In this document: positions 46,112 to 59,198 of the stretch, piece by piece
How positions within the stretch are numbered: position 1 is the first letter of the stretch
Layout of the letters: each line of letters opens with the position of its first letter
From: Scenedesmus sp. PABB004
Taxonomy: Eukaryota
Reading direction: 5' to 3'
DNA length: 64,000 nt
Assembly (NCBI GenBank): GCA_014905635.1
Contig: JABVCE010000020.1
Coordinates: forward strand, 372,001 to 436,000
The notes under the pieces: model-generated
Told to the model about the DNA's origin: nothing
Databases searched by the model: none
The model's input: only the letters and a program-made list of their open reading frames with translations
Translations under genes and position numbers: made by a program

Positions 46112-49100
46112 TCAGCCCCGCACGTAGCGGTACGCCTCCAACCCCACCTCCAGCAGCGCGGCGGCCACCATCTCGCGCGCCGCCGCGTCGGCCTGCGCGT
46201 GGCGCGCCTCAATGTGCATCAGCGGCGCCTCGCCCCGCCCCGCCAGCGCGCCGCGCCTGCCCGCCACGGCGGTCACGCCGCCGGCGCCGCTGCCGCCGCC
46301 GCTGCTGCCGCCCGCGGCGCTGCCTGGCCGCCGCGCGGGGCTGGGCGGGCTGCCGCCGCCGGCGGCGAGCGCCGCGCGCAGGCTGCCGACGAGGCTGGTG
46401 CGCAGGCTCGCGCTGCCGGCGGGGCTGCGCCGCCCGCCGCCGGCGCTGCGCGGCCGTGGCGCGGCGCGGCCGTCCAGCAGCCGGCCCAGGTGTGCCGCCA
46501 CCTCAGCGGCGGAGGGCGCGGCGCCGTCGGCCGCCGCCGCAGCGGCGACCGCGGCGCCCGCTGCTGCGGCGGCAACCGCGTCCAGCACGTCCCCTGCAGC
46601 GCCGGAGCAGGGCTGCTCGCCGCGCACAGCAGTGCCCGCCGGCTGTGCTGCCGGGTCTGCGACCGTAGCGGCGTCGCCAGCAGGGCCCGCCGCGTCCCCG
46701 GGCACGCTCTCCGCCGCAGCCTCCGCAGCTGCAGCCCCGTCCGCCGCGCGCCGGCGCCACAGCTCCGCCGCCTGCGCTGCCTGCCACTGCGCCGCGCGCT
46801 GCGCCTGCCGCGCGCGCGCGGCCGCCGCCTGCTTGCGCTCCCTGCAGCAAGCCGGCAGCGCGCGAGCGGTCACCCATTGCGACGGGCTGCACGCCGTCGC
46901 GCGCGCACCCCGCTGGGGGGTGTCGCTCGCAGGCCTGCCCCTGGGCCCCCACCGCGCACCGTTCGTCGCGCGAATCGAACAGGCCGGCCTCGGCCGCGCG
47001 CTGCGTCGCCTCGGCGCGTAGCCGCGCCGCCAGCGTGCCGCCGACGCGCGACTGGCCCGCGCCGCCTCCCGGCGCGGCGCCCGGCGGCGGCGTCGGGTGC
47101 ACGGGCGCCCTGCGGGGCGCACGCGCGGCGCTTGAGCCCTCTCTGTGCGCCCCCGCGCGCCGCGGCAGGCGCGCTCAAGCGCCGTCGCGCTGCGGCCGGC
47201 GCCGCGCCCCTCGCGTGTGCGCGCCTGCTGCTGACGTACGGCCACCGGCCCTCGCGCAGCCGCGCCTCGTCGGCTGCCACGTCCGCCGCCCGCCGCGCGC
47301 GCCGCTCCGCCGCCCTGGCCGCGCGCGCCGCCTGCTCCTCGGGCGTCGAGCCGTCCAGGCTGAACGCCTGCGGTTGCGGCGGGCAGGGTCGGCGGGCGGC
47401 GGGCGCCCCGGACGGGCGCCGGGCGGGGCGGGAGCGGCGCCCCGGTGCGCGCGCGCGCGCACCGCCGGCACCGTCGCGCGCCGGCGGTTGGCCGCCTTGA
47501 TCGCCGCCTGCCGCGCAGCCCACGCCGCGTGCAGGCTGCCAAAGTCGGGCACGGGCCGCACGCCACCGCCGTCGCTGCTGCCGCCGCCTGGCGAGCGCGC
47601 GCGACCTTCCTTGACGGGGCTGGCGCTGCGGCCCAGGCGCTCCCGGTACGCCGCAGCCGCCAGCTCCTGCCTGCGCGGGGCGCGGGACGCCGCGTCGGCG
47701 CGGGGCGCGCGCACGGCTGGAGAGGCGCGCCGCACCCTGCAGCGCGGACGCAGTCCGCGCCGCATGACCCCGCGCACCGCTGCCTGGAGGCCTCCTCCAG
47801 CCGGGCCGCCACGGCCTCCCTGGCCATCTCAGCCCTCACCCGCGCGGCGAGCCGCCCCGCCGCGCGGCCCGCCTGGGCCGCCGCCCAGCGCGGCTCTTGC
47901 ACGTGCGCCGGCACCGGCGTCGCCTTGAACACGCGCTGCGGGCGGGCCCGGCCAGCCCCGCAGCGGCGGCGTCAGCGTGCTGGCTAAGCGGGGGCGAGCG
48001 CGCGCCCGTGCGGCCCGCCCGCGCAACGGCGCCTGGCCCTAAGGCGGTGCCACGCACGCGGCCGGCCGCGCCCAGGCCCACCTGGAAACGGTCGGGGTCC
48101 TTGGCCGCCGCCGCCGCCGCCGCCCGGGCCGCCGCCGCCTCGCGGTCGCGCTCGTGAAAGCTGAACGGCCGCTCACGTGACGCGAGCAGCGCCATGTTCC
48201 TGCGAGCGCGCAACGCCACGCGCGCATGCGGGGGTGCAGGGTGCGTGCTGACCAAGCGGCGGCGGCCCGTGCGAGCGTCCGCGGCCCGGCGCGCGGCGCC
48301 CCGCGCACCGCGCGTTGCTGGCGGCGCGCTTGGCTGCCTGGTCCGCCACGACTTCCAGGTAGCGCGGCTGCAGCGTGGACGGCGGCACGGGGCTCGCGAC
48401 AAACCTGCGCGTCGGTGCGGCACGTGGTAGGGCGCGCGCCGGCGTCGGACGGGAGGGGCGCGCGCGCGCGCGCGCGCGCGGCCGGCCCACGCCGCCGCGG
48501 GGACCCCGCGCGCGCTTGCCTGTGCGCGAGCGCGGCCGCCGCCTCGCACGCCCTGAGCGCGAGGTCCTGCTCCAGCTTGACGGCGGCGATGGTCTTGCGC
48601 CGCGGCGCGCCGCGCGCGGGCGAGCCCGCCGCGCTGCGGCTGCGCCGCCCGGGGGCGTCCGGCGCGTCGCGCCGCTCGCCGCCGGCCCAGCCGCAGCCGT
48701 CGTCGCCGTCGTCGCCGAGCAGCGCGCGGCTGCGCTCCGCGCGGCCCAGGCCGTCGGGGCCGTCCGAGGCGTAGCCGCAGACGCTGCCGGGCGCCGGCCG
48801 CTGCCGGCCGCGCGCCGCGCCGCCGCGCCGCCGGCAGCTGCTGCCGGCGGGGCCAAAGCCCTCGTCTGCAAGCTCCGCCGAGAAGATGGGCACGTAGGGC
48901 GCCGCCAGCAGCGCCTCGTCCGCGGGCGACAGCGCCGCCGCGCGCCGCCCGCGGGCCGCCGCCGCCGCCGCCGCGGCCCCGGCCGCCGCCGCGCCGCGCG
49001 CCGCGGCCGCGGCCGCCGCCTGGTCCTCGCGCGCGCGCGCGTCGCCCCCGCCGTCACTGCCGGCGCGAGCGTCGCTGTCGCTGTCGCTGCTGGCTCCGCT

Positions 49101-51120
49101 GGTGCTGCCGCCGCTGCCTGGGCGGCGCCGCGGCCGCTGCCGCCGCGCCGCCTCGCCCACTCGATATTCGTTCATCCACTCGTCCTGCTCCTCCCAGGCC
49201 GCCTGCAGACGGCAGGGAGGCGGCGCGCGGCGCTCGGCGGCCGCGCTGCGCTGCGCTGGCGCGGCGGGCGCCCGCGCGCCAGGGCCGGCGGCCCCACCCC
49301 ACCTGCTGGCGCGCCCGCTCCCCGCGAGCGCCGCGAGCGCCGCCACGGCGCCGCCGCCGCCGCCCGCGGCAGCCGCGGCCGCCGCCCGCTCCTCCGCCTC
49401 CGCCTCCAGGTCCGAGTCGTAGTCCTGTGCCGCCGCACGGCGTGCCATGTCGGCGTCGACCTGCGCGCCGACGGGGGCGTGACCGGGCAGTGTCTACGCG
49501 CGGGCGCCAGCGCCCGCCAGCAGCCCGGGCCGTGGTGGCAGGACCCTGCACCCCTGCCCCACCTGCTCGCTGAAGGCCCGGAAGCGCGCAGCACTGAACG
49601 CGCCGCTCGCCAGCAGCTCCTGCTCCGCAGCCGCGGCCTGCGCCGCCGCCGCAGTGGCGTCAGCCGCTGGCAGAGCGACAGCACCCGCCGCCTGCTGCCC
49701 TGGGTGCTTGCTCAGCAGCTGCCCCAGCGCCTGCTGCGCGCCCGGCTGGTTGAGCGCGGCGGCCAGGGCAAGGAGCTCATCGCCGTCCGAGCTACACCCG
49801 TCATCGTCGTCGGCCGGTGCCGGCCGCCCGGCCTCACCCTCCAGCTCGCCGCGCGCCGGCCGCCCGCCGCCAGCGGTCCAGGCCATGCCGCACGCCGCGG
49901 CAGTGAGCCCAGCGTGGCGGCCGCGCGCGGGGCTGAGGTGCGTCCTCTGCCGCGTGCGCAGCTGCGCCGAGGCGGTCAGCGCCTGCTCAGCATCGCGCAG
50001 CAGGCGCGCCGTGCCGCGCCGCTCCGCGCGGCCGCCGCCCGCCCAGCGGGTGCTGCTGCCGCGCCGGCGCGCCAGCCGCCGCCGGCCGACCAGGGGCGGG
50101 CGGGCGAGCCGCCGCCGCCACTGCCGCGCCCGCCTCCGCTGCTGCCCGGCCGCCACGCCGGCGGGGGGCTGCCGCCAGCGGTCGCTGGGCGCTGCTTGGC
50201 GGGGCTTAGGCCGCTCACGCGCAGCGCCGCCGCGTCGCCGCCGCCGCCAGCCGCACGCAGCTCGACAAGCTGCCTGCGGGGCGGCGCGCGGGGCGTGCTC
50301 GGGGCGTGGCCGCGGCCGGGGCCGGTGCCAGGGCCCCCACGCCCCGCTCGCTCAGCGCGCCCCGGGCACGCCCGCACCTGTTGTGCGTGTGCGTGCGCAG
50401 GTAGTGGCTGCCGGCCACCTCGGGCGCAGAGGCGTCAAAGCTGAACGCCGTCGGCCGCACCGCGACCACCACGGCCCCGGCGCACACGGCGCCCTGGCCG
50501 CTCCGGTGCGCGGCCGCGGTCGCTGCGCCGCCCGCGGCACGGCCGCGCCCGCCGCGCGCCTGGTGCGGCCCCGCGGCGCCGGGGTGAGCCCCGGCCGCCG
50601 GCGGCTGCTGGTGCGGGCTGCCGGGGTCGGGCTCCGGCTCCCGCCCGGGCGCCTCCAGCGAGCGCATGAGGGCGAGCAGGCCGTCTGCCTCGTCCGCCGA
50701 CACAGGCGCCTGCTGATGCTGGCACGCCGGCGACGCCGGCCGGGGCGCGAGCTGCACGTGCGCGCCGCGCGCAGCCAGGCCGCCGCGCGGCGCGCTGTCC
50801 GGGTCGCCCTGCGCCGCCGCGGCACCGCCGCCACTCGCCGCTGCCGCCGGCCGAGGCCCAGGCAGCTGCTCGGTCCGCTGCTGCCGCGCCGCGGCCAGCG
50901 CCTGCGGCGGCGGTGCAGCGGAGCAGCGGCGGCGCGCTCGGCTGCGAGCCGGCGCCGGCGCTGCGCGGCAGCCCCGGATTTGGTGGTCACAGTCTGGCTG
51001 AGCACATCCCGCCATCCCACGCACCTGCTGCGCGGCGCTCGCGGCGAGGGCGCCGCCGCCAAATCGAGCGGCGAGCCGGCCGCCCAGGCGCCCCAGTTCG
51101 GGGGTCCTGGGCTGCGACAT
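46112..51120 (-). CDS. FAM161/UPF0564-like centriole/flagellar microtubule-associated protein, multi-exon; 5' end uncertain
   Basis: RRKTIAAVKLEQDL, RFVASPVPPSTLQPRY, RERPFSFHERD, RVFKATPVP, VPDFGSLHAAW and RATVP|AFSL form the repeated F.A.PVP / PFSF pattern of FAM161. An apparent frameshift lies near 50095. Confidence 0.62.
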
Positions 51121-51392
51121 GCTGCTCAGTTGGCCGGGGGACGGCGATGTAGCATTTGAGGCAGGCAGGAAGAGCTAGACAGGCGCGCTGGTCGGCGCGG
51201 GCCGGCGCTGCTCGCGCCCCCCCGAAAGTTGACCCGGCGTCGGAGCGAATTGCTGGGGTCCGCGGAACTCCTGCTTTTTGCGCGTCGGCTGCCGCACTGA
51301 CGGCGCGCGTGAGGAGTGGGGGCGCGGCGCGATGACGGCCCGCCGTCGACGGTCGGCCGCGCGGTTTGACCAGCCCGTCCCACGCGCAGGCC

Positions 51393-52866
51393 TCACGGCC
51401 GCTCCGCCGCCGCGACCGCGGCGGCCGCCTCGGCGTCGGTGCCGGCCGCGCCGTCGGCCGAGGCGAAGATCGCAGCGCGGCGTGCGCCGGAGTCGTCAAC
51501 CGCGCCGCGAAACATGCCCGGCGAGTTGAAGGCATCGATTTCAACCCCATAGTCGCGGTCCACGCCGACGAAGCCGCCGTCCCCGGGCGCAAAGCTCCCC
51601 TCGACGACGGCGCGCAGCGCGGCGCGCAGCGACGCGCCGTCGTGCGCGACGCGCGCCGCGACGTCGTGCGCCGCGCTGCGGCGGAGGAACGCCTCGCCCA
51701 CGCCCGTGCCGGACAGCGCGACGCGCGAGTCGGCCCACGTGCCTGGCGTGTGTGCGGAGGGGTGGCGGGTGTGGTGCGAGCAGGCGCCCGCGGCGCCCAC
51801 AGCAGCACGACGGCTCGCCCCCCCCCCCCCCCCCCTCCAGCGCGGCGCCGCACCCGCGCCGATGATGGGCGTGTCTCCGATCCGGCCGTCCCACTTGTTG
51901 CTGCGCCCGCCCGTGCTCGTCGCGGCCGCCAGCCGCCCCGCGGCGTCGACCGCGACCGCGCCGACCGTCTGCCCGCCGTCGTGCGCGTCCGCGTCCGCCG
52001 CCGCCGCCGCCTGTGCCGCCGCCTGCGCGCCGCGGGGCGCCTGCACGATGTCGTCGCCCGCCGCGGGCGCGCCGCCGCCGGCGCCGCACAGCCGCGCCCA
52101 CTGCGCGCGGCGCTGCGGCGTCGTGAAGGCCGCGTTGTCCGGCACCAGCTCCAGCCCTGACCGCTCCGCAAAGTCGTCGGCCGCGGCTCCAGCAAGGAAG
52201 ATGTGGGGCGTCTCCTCCATGACCTATGGCGGCGGCGGCGGCGTGTGCCGGCGGCGGCCGGCCCGCCCGCGCGCCGTGCGCCGCGCGTCCGGCGCTTGCC
52301 TTGCGCGCGAGGAGAATCGGGTTACGCACGCGCGTGAGCAGCGCCGCCGCGCCGCACGCGCCGTCACTGGTCATGACGCTCGCCTCGAGCTCGTGCCGCC
52401 CGCCCGCGGTCAGCACCGAGCCCACGCCTGCGCGCGCCGGCGCGCGGCGCTCAGGGCACGCCGGCGGCCTGGCCCGCCGGCGCGCGCATCCACAGCTGGG
52501 CGGCACCGCAGCGCTCGCGCATACTGGCGCGTCGTGGCGGCGGGCGCGTCGCCGCCGGCCGCCGCCGCGCCGCCTCGCGGCGCGCGCTCCAGCGCCAAGC
52601 TCCCTGCCGCCGGGCCGCCGCGCGCCTGCGTTGAAGTGCGGATCGTCCTCTAGCACCCGAACAGCCGCGACGACGGCGTCGAGCGCGGGCCCGCCGCGCG
52701 CGAGCACGGCTTCCCCGGCGTCCAGTGCCGCGTGCACACCCGCCAGCGCCGCCTCCAGCCACGCCGGGTCTGTGGAGTTGATCACGCCGGCGCCACCGTG
52801 CACGGCCAGCGCAAAGCGTGGCCCGCCACCCGGCGGCAGCGGCGGCAGCAGCGGCTCCAGCGGCAT
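51393..52866 (-). CDS. Isoaspartyl peptidase / plant-type L-asparaginase (Ntn hydrolase), 4 exons
   Basis: LAVHGGAG, LEDDPHFNAG, ELEASVM, VRNPILLARKVMEETPH, nucleophile TVGAVAVD, AATSTGG, GRIGDTPIIGAGTWA and SGTGVGEAF. Confidence 0.93.
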
Positions 52867-53149
52867 CGCCCTGGTTGCGGCGTGATAGGACACAGCTGCG
52901 AATACGAGCGTCCTGGCGCGCCGGCTCGGCCGGGGGCCGCTGGCGGCGCGGCGGCGGCGCGTGACGCAGGGGCTGCTGCTGCGGTGGCGGCGTTGCTGGG
53001 AGCTCTGGACGGCGCTGGCGGGGAGCTCTCCCGAAGCGCCGTGCTATCGGTGATGCCGGAACGGAGGCTGGCCGCACGCTGCGCGCCAAGAGCAAAAACC
53101 GCCGGCAGCGTCACTGCTCCGGCTGCGCGTGCGCAATGCGCTCCAGCTT

Positions 53150-53154
53150 TTACA
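53150..53154 (-). terminator. TGTAA polyadenylation signal for FtsZ
   Basis: TTACA on the + strand, about 230 nt past the FtsZ stop. Confidence 0.55.
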
Positions 53155-53385
53155 GGCGCGCTCGCCGGCTCGCCGCCGCCGCTCGCACGCCACACGCCAC
53201 ACGCCACCGCGGGCGCTGTTCACACAAGCCGCCACACCCCCGCCCCGCCCCGGCCGGCCGCGGCCCCGCTGGCTGCAGCGCGCGGGCCGCGCCGCCGGGC
53301 CTCCGCCGCCCCGCGCGCGCCTGTGCACGCGCGCGCGCGCGCGCCTGATCACGCCGCACCCAACCACCGCACGCACGCACACCCC

Positions 53386-54974
53386 TCACTTCTTGTTGAG
53401 CCGGCGGAGGAAGGCCGGAATCTCCACGCCGCCGGTGGGCACGTCGGCGCGCACGCGCGGCGTCGCCGCGGCGGGGCGCTCCACCACGACCCTGCCCGCC
53501 TCGGCCGGCACCGCCTGCCGCACGGGCGCGCCTGCCGGCGACGGCGCGCCGCTGCCGGCGCCGGCGCCGTTGCCGCCCGGCGGCGCCGCGGCGGTCGCGC
53601 TCGCGGCGGCCTGCACCGCGGCGGCGTAGCCCGCGTCCTTCGGGCCCACGCCCGTGGCGATGAGCGTGATGGACACCTCCTCCTGGCGGCGTGGTAACAA
53701 GACCCCGCCGCCGGCGGCGGCGATGCGATGCGACGGGGCGGGCGCGGCGCGCGTCAGTCGCGTGCGCTGCTGCACCCGCGGCGGCCGCGCCGCGCCGCGC
53801 CCTCTCCCCTGGGAGCACACGCACGCCGCGCCGCGCGGGGCCGCGCCGCCGCCGTACCTGCATGCCCTCGTCCACGACCGCGCCAAAGATGAGGTTAGCG
53901 TCCGGGTCGACGAGGTCATAGATGATCTCGGCGGCCTCGTTCACCTGCGTGGTGGCGGCGGCGACGCGAGCGTGGCACGCGGGTGTGGCGTGCGGGTGTG
54001 GCGCGCGGGTGTGGCGCGCGGCGGCGTGAGGCGGTGCGTGGCGACGCGTGGGGGTGTTGAGGCGGCGCGTGGCGGCGCGCGGGAGGGCGCAGGCGGGCGC
54101 GTGGCGGCGCGCAGGCGCGGGCACGTGGGAGGGCGCAGGCGGGCGCGTGGCGGCGCGCAGGCGCGGGCACGTGGGCGGGCGCGGGCGGGCGCAGGCGCGG
54201 GCACGTGGGCGGGCACGTGGGCGGGCGCACCTCGTAGAGCGACATGCCGGGCGGGCCGGTGATGTTCCAGACGATGCCCGTCGCCTGCGCGATGCCAACC
54301 TCCAGCAGCGGGCTCGCCGTCGCCGCGAGCGCCGCCTGCACCGCCCTGCGCCGCGCCGCGCGGCGGGACGGCGCGCGGGTGGGCGACGGATGCGGCGGCG
54401 GCGGGCGCCGCCGGAGGAGATCCCGCCAGCAGCGGCGCGAGCAGCGCCCCGCCGCGCGGCCGCCGCCGCCGCCGCAGCTGCCGGCCGGTCACCTGTCGGG
54501 CCCGCCCGCGCGGCCCTGGCCCATGAGGGAACTGCCGGCGTTGGTCATGACCGCGCGCACGTCGGCAAAGTCGACGTTGACCAGGCCGGGCACCTGCGCG
54601 CGCGCACGAGAACGCGCGGCGGGCGGCCGCGGCCGTCGGGCGGCGGCGGGCAGTGGGTGAGCACGTGGCACGCTGGCAGATCGCTCCTGCGCCGCCACAC
54701 GGAGCCACTGGCGGCGCAGGCGCAGCGCGAGCGCGAGCGCCCGGGGGGGGGGGGGCGCAACACAGAAAAGACGGCGCCGAGGGGCGCGTCGCTGTTGTTT
54801 TGGCGGCGCGGAGGGGCGGCGCGGCGCGGCGCGGCGGGGCCCAGCCCGCAGTGGCCTCACCGTGATGATGTCGCTGATGCCGCGCACGCCCGCGCGCAGC
54901 ACCTCGTCGGCGACGCGGAACGCCTCGGTCATGGGGATGGACTGGTCCATCGCTGCGCGCCGCGCGGCACGCGG

Positions 54975-55072
<98 letters not shown>

Positions 55073-56479
55073 GTGTGTGTGTGTGTGTTGTGGGGGAGGA
55101 GCAGGGGCGGCAGGGGCGGCAGGCCCCGGCGCGGGCGCCGAGCGGCGCACGGGGGCGCGGCGCGCGGCGGCGCGGCGCACTCTGCAGCAGGCGATCGTTG
55201 GGGATGACGATGAGCGTGTCCACCGCCTCGCGCAGCGCCGCCACCGCCGCGGTCGCCTGCGGCCACGCGCCGCGCAGCGCGTGGGCGTGCATGCAGCGGC
55301 GCGCCGGCCGCGGCCGCCCCGGCGCCGGAGTGCCGCCGCGGCACCGCCCGCGGACCGCTAGCTAGCTGCCGCGCCGCGCCGCCGCGCTGCTGCCACGCCG
55401 CGCGCCTGGTTCTTGCGCTGCCGGCCCTCAAACGTGAAGGGCAGCGTGACAATGCCGACGGTGAGGATGCCAAGCTCGCGCGCCGCGGCGGCCACGACCG
55501 GCGCCGCGCCGCTGCCGGTGCCGCCGCCCATGCCGGCCTGGGCGCGGGCGCGGGCGCGGGCGCGGCGTGGGCGCGGGGCTGGGGCGCGGCTGAGCCGCCG
55601 GCAGCGGCGTCGCGGCGGCGGCGCACCGTGACGAACACCATGTCGGCGCCCTGCAGGGCCGCCTCCACCTCCGCCTTGCTCTCCTGCGCCGCTTGCTGCG
55701 CGGCGGCGGCGGGGAGGCCAACGGCGGCGGCGCGGCGCGGGGGCGCGTGAGCCTGCGCCCGCGGCCGCGTGGGCGCGGCGCGGCGGGCCGGTGGATCGCG
55801 CGCGGGCCGCCGCCGCACCAGGCCGACCCCCGGGTTGCCGCCCGCGCCGAGGCCGCGCGTGAGCTTGCCGCCGATCTGCAGCTTGCACCCGCTCGGCAGC
55901 GGGCTCGACGCCAGCGCCTGCGGGAGGCGCGCGCGGGGCAGCGGCGGCGCGTCGCGGCCGGCCCGGCGTGCGCGCTGCTGCGGCGCGCTGCGCGCAGCGC
56001 GCAACCGACGCCGCCGCTGCTGCGCGGCCGGGCGCCGCCGGGCGCCGCGGGCGCGCCTGGGCGTCGGTGTTCATGACCATGAGCTCCACGCCCGTCAGCG
56101 CGCTCTCCAGCATGCGGTTCACGGCGTTGCTGCCGCCCCCGCCCACCCCGACCACCTGCGGGCCGCTCCGCGCGTCAGGCGGGCGCGCAGCGCGCCCGCA
56201 GCGCGGCCAGGAGCGGCGTCCCGGCCGCCCCCGCACCTTGATCTTGGCCTGGTTGAAGCTGCTGCTCGCCTGCGCGCGCACGGCCTCCCGGGACGGCCGC
56301 GCGGGCGGCAGCCAGAGCCCGGGCGCGCCCTCGCCGGCCTGCTGCGCGCGAGGAGCACGCGCGCCCTGCGGCCGGGGCCGCGCCACGGGCCCGGCGCGGC
56401 GAGCCGGCGCGGAGCAGTGGCCCGCGGGCATCAGCGCCGTGGCTGGGCTGGCCCGCCGCGACGCGGCCAGGCCGCGCAT
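53386..56479 (-). CDS. ftsZ2: Plastid division protein FtsZ, FtsZ2 type, with transit peptide, about 10 exons
   Basis: [63 protein letters not shown] and [10 protein letters not shown], plus the C-terminal core motif VEIPAFLRR that is retained in FtsZ2. Confidence 0.93.
54040..54228. repeat. Intronic imperfect tandem repeat (GCGCAGGCG(C)GGGC[AG]CGTGG-based)
   Basis: Visible repeated blocks in an FtsZ intron. Confidence 0.7.
54977..55088. repeat. (GT)n microsatellite, about 110 bp, in an FtsZ intron
   Basis: Directly visible, with one interruption. Confidence 0.98.
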
Positions 56480-56791
56480 GCTGCCGCAGCGCATTCGGGG
56501 GCGGACGATCGGCGCGGAGGGAGCGGGCTGGCGCAGCGTGCGGCCGCGCTGCTGCTGGCCGCGTGCAAACGGCGGGCGGAGCGCAGCCCGGGCGGGACAG
56601 ACGGTGGGGGCGCGCGGCGGTGCGCGTGGCGGTGTTCGCGCGCACGCGACGGCTGCGCGGGGCAGCAGCGGCGGCGCGCGCGCCGCGTTTGAAACGCCGT
56701 CACCCGTCTGCGCGCCTTCCCGCGCTGGCGCTCACAGTTGCAGCAGGCCCCGGCCTCCCACTCCGGCCATCATCTCCGGCCCCATCCATCA

Positions 56792-57017
56792 TCACCGCCG
56801 GCCGGCGGCGACGCAACGGTGCAGCACGAAGCGCTCGTGCCGGTCGCCGCCCAGCGCGGGCAGCTCGGCAAAGCTCACCGACCACGGCCCCGGCGGCAGC
56901 TCGCTCACCGCCAGCCCCGCCGCCGCGGCGGCGTCGAGGAAGAGCTGCAGCGTCGCCGGCGCGCGCCGCGTCGTGGCCAGCACCGCGGCGCTGCCGGCGC
57001 GCGCCGCGGCGTCGCGC

Positions 57018-57054
<37 letters not shown>

Positions 57055-58400
57055 TGCCGCGCGCGCCGAGCAGCTGCGCCAGCAGGCGCACGAGGCTGGG
57101 CACGGCGGCGGGGTCGTAGCAGACGTCGCTGCCGACGACCAGCTCGGCGGCCAGCCCTGGCACGTCCTCATGCCAGTCTAGCGGCGCGGCCAGCAGCTCC
57201 TGCTGCTGCCCGCCGGCGCCGAGCGCGTCGCGCCAGCTGCCCAGCAGCTGCGCGTGGCCGTGGCCATTGAGTGCGAGGTTGGCGCAGCAGTTGACGAGCG
57301 CCTGGGGGTCGCCGTCGGTCAGCAGCACCTGCGCCGCGCCCGCGCGCGCGAGGCACGCGGCCACGAGCCCCGGCCCGCAGCCGACCTCGAGCACGCGCCG
57401 GCCTGCGCCGCGCGGCGGCGGCGTGTGCGGCGGCGGCGTGTGCACGGCGCGTGCGGCGCCCCAACGCGCCCGCGCCGCCTCGGCTCCGACTCTGCAGCCA
57501 CGCGGCGTAGCGCGCAGCGCGGCGCGGCGCACCGGCAAATGCCTCGGTGTGATTGAGCACGAACTCCGCCAGCAGGAAGCCGGCGTCCCACATGTGGCAC
57601 CCCGTGCCGCCTTCAAAGAGGTTGTCGCTCATGTGCACGCTCAGCAGGCCCGCCCGCTGCACCGCTGGCCGCTGCGGCGCCGCCTGCTGCTGCGGCGCGC
57701 CGGCGCCGCCGCTCGGCGCCGCCAGCGGCGGCAGCCCTGCCGCGTCCACCCAGTCGGCCATGTGCGCGCGGCGCGCGCGCAGCGCCGCGGCCTGCGGCGT
57801 CGGCAGCGCCGCGCTGGCCACGAGGACACCCGCGACGTGTTGTGCCTGCAGCGCGTTCAGCGCTGCCGCGTCGGGCGCGCCGGCGGCGTAGCAAAACGTG
57901 CGATAGCGCCACGCCGCGTCCTCCTGCGAAGGCGGCGAGCGCAGCTCAGCGCAGGCCGGCTCGGCGGCCCAGCTCACCAGCCCCCCAAGCCCGCGACCGT
58001 GCGCAGGCCTCACCGCCGCCTCGGCGTCGCTGCCGCGCAGCAGCAGGGCCGTCTGGAGGCCGAGCAGCGGCTCGCCGAGCTCCGCGCCCGCGGCCTCCGC
58101 GGCAGCGATCAGCTCCTTGGCCACGCGCCGCACAAACGCGGCGTTCGGCGGCAGCGCCTGCGCCACGGCGCTGCCCAGCGCCGCCAGCGCGCCGGCCTGC
58201 GCGCCCGCGTCCGGCGCGCCGGCGAGCGCCGCGACGACCTGCGAGCGCGGCGGCGCAGGCGCTGCGTGGGCGCGGCGCGGGCCGGCGGCCGCGCCCGGTC
58301 CCGCGCGTGCGCCGCCGCCCACCGCGCGCGCTGGCTGCTGCTGCCACAGACGCAGCTGCAGCGCCAGGGGCGGCGTTCGCTGCTCCTCCTCCACCGCCAT
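56792..58400 (-). CDS. Protein-lysine methyltransferase, Methyltransf_16 family (EEF2KMT/FAM86-like), 4 exons
   Basis: NLFEGGTGCHMWDAGFLLAEF, GRRVLEVGCGPGL (SAM motif I), VLLTDGD, LDW and VVGSDVCYDP (DxxY), with a helical N-terminal extension. Confidence 0.85.
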
Positions 58401-59051
58401 GCCGCCGGCGCGGGCCGCGCAGCAGCAGCCCCTCGCGCCCGGCGCTGCGGCGTGCGCGCGCGTTCGTGGTGGCGCCGCTGGCGGTCAGAAGCGTGTGGGC
58501 TGTCGGAACGCCCAGCTCACCGCCTGGGCGCCAGACGGCATCGCCGAGGAGAACCGCGTCGCTGACGCCCGCCGGCGGCGCCCGCCGGACTGCCCAGTGT
58601 GGGGTACAGGCTGTCTCCCCGCGCCTGCGATCACACCGTGCCTGCTACGCGTCGAGATTGTGGTCTTAGAAGCGCGGCGCCGCTGCCCTGCTCGCAACAG
58701 GCGACGCTCGGCCATCACGGCCGCCCACCGCGGCTCCCAGACCAGTGGCAGCGCCGTGGGTGCTCGTGGGCCTAGCTCGGAGCTAGACGATCCCATCGGC
58801 GGCTCGCCGGCGCGTCAGGCGCAGCTGCGGCGCCGTGGTCGGGCGGCGAACGCTGCTGCCGCTGCTGCTGCGCTCGGCGGCGGCAGCGCGGCGACGGGGC
58901 GGCGCCTGTCGGCCCGCTCCCTGCTGCCGGAAGGGCGAGAGCGTCCAGCAGGCAGCCGCGGAGCTCGGCGGCGGCGCTCGCGGCGCACGGCGGCGGCAGC
59001 GGCGGGGCGCGCCCGCTGGGGCTGCCGCGCGTGCCGGCCGGCCCGGCGCGC

Positions 59052-59097
<46 letters not shown>

Positions 59098-59198
59098 AGC
59101 CCGCGCAGCCGCGGCAGCAGCAGCGCGCGCAGCAGCAGCATCGCGCGCAGCAGCAGCAGTTGCAGCAGTTGCAGCAGTTGCAGCAGCAGCGGGGCGCG

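Noticed and set aside
22633..52866. Nitrogen-scavenging cluster (formamidase + asparaginase)
   Set aside because: The two genes are about 25 kb apart with unrelated genes between them, and no shared regulatory signal is visible.
54977..55207. CVCVCV/HTHTHT peptide ORFs
   Set aside because: These are translations of an intronic (GT)n microsatellite.
10849..56479. Bacterial contamination or operon suggested by surE, formamidase, asparaginase and ftsZ
   Set aside because: All contain spliceosomal introns, are interleaved with eukaryote-specific genes and have known plant/algal nuclear homologs.
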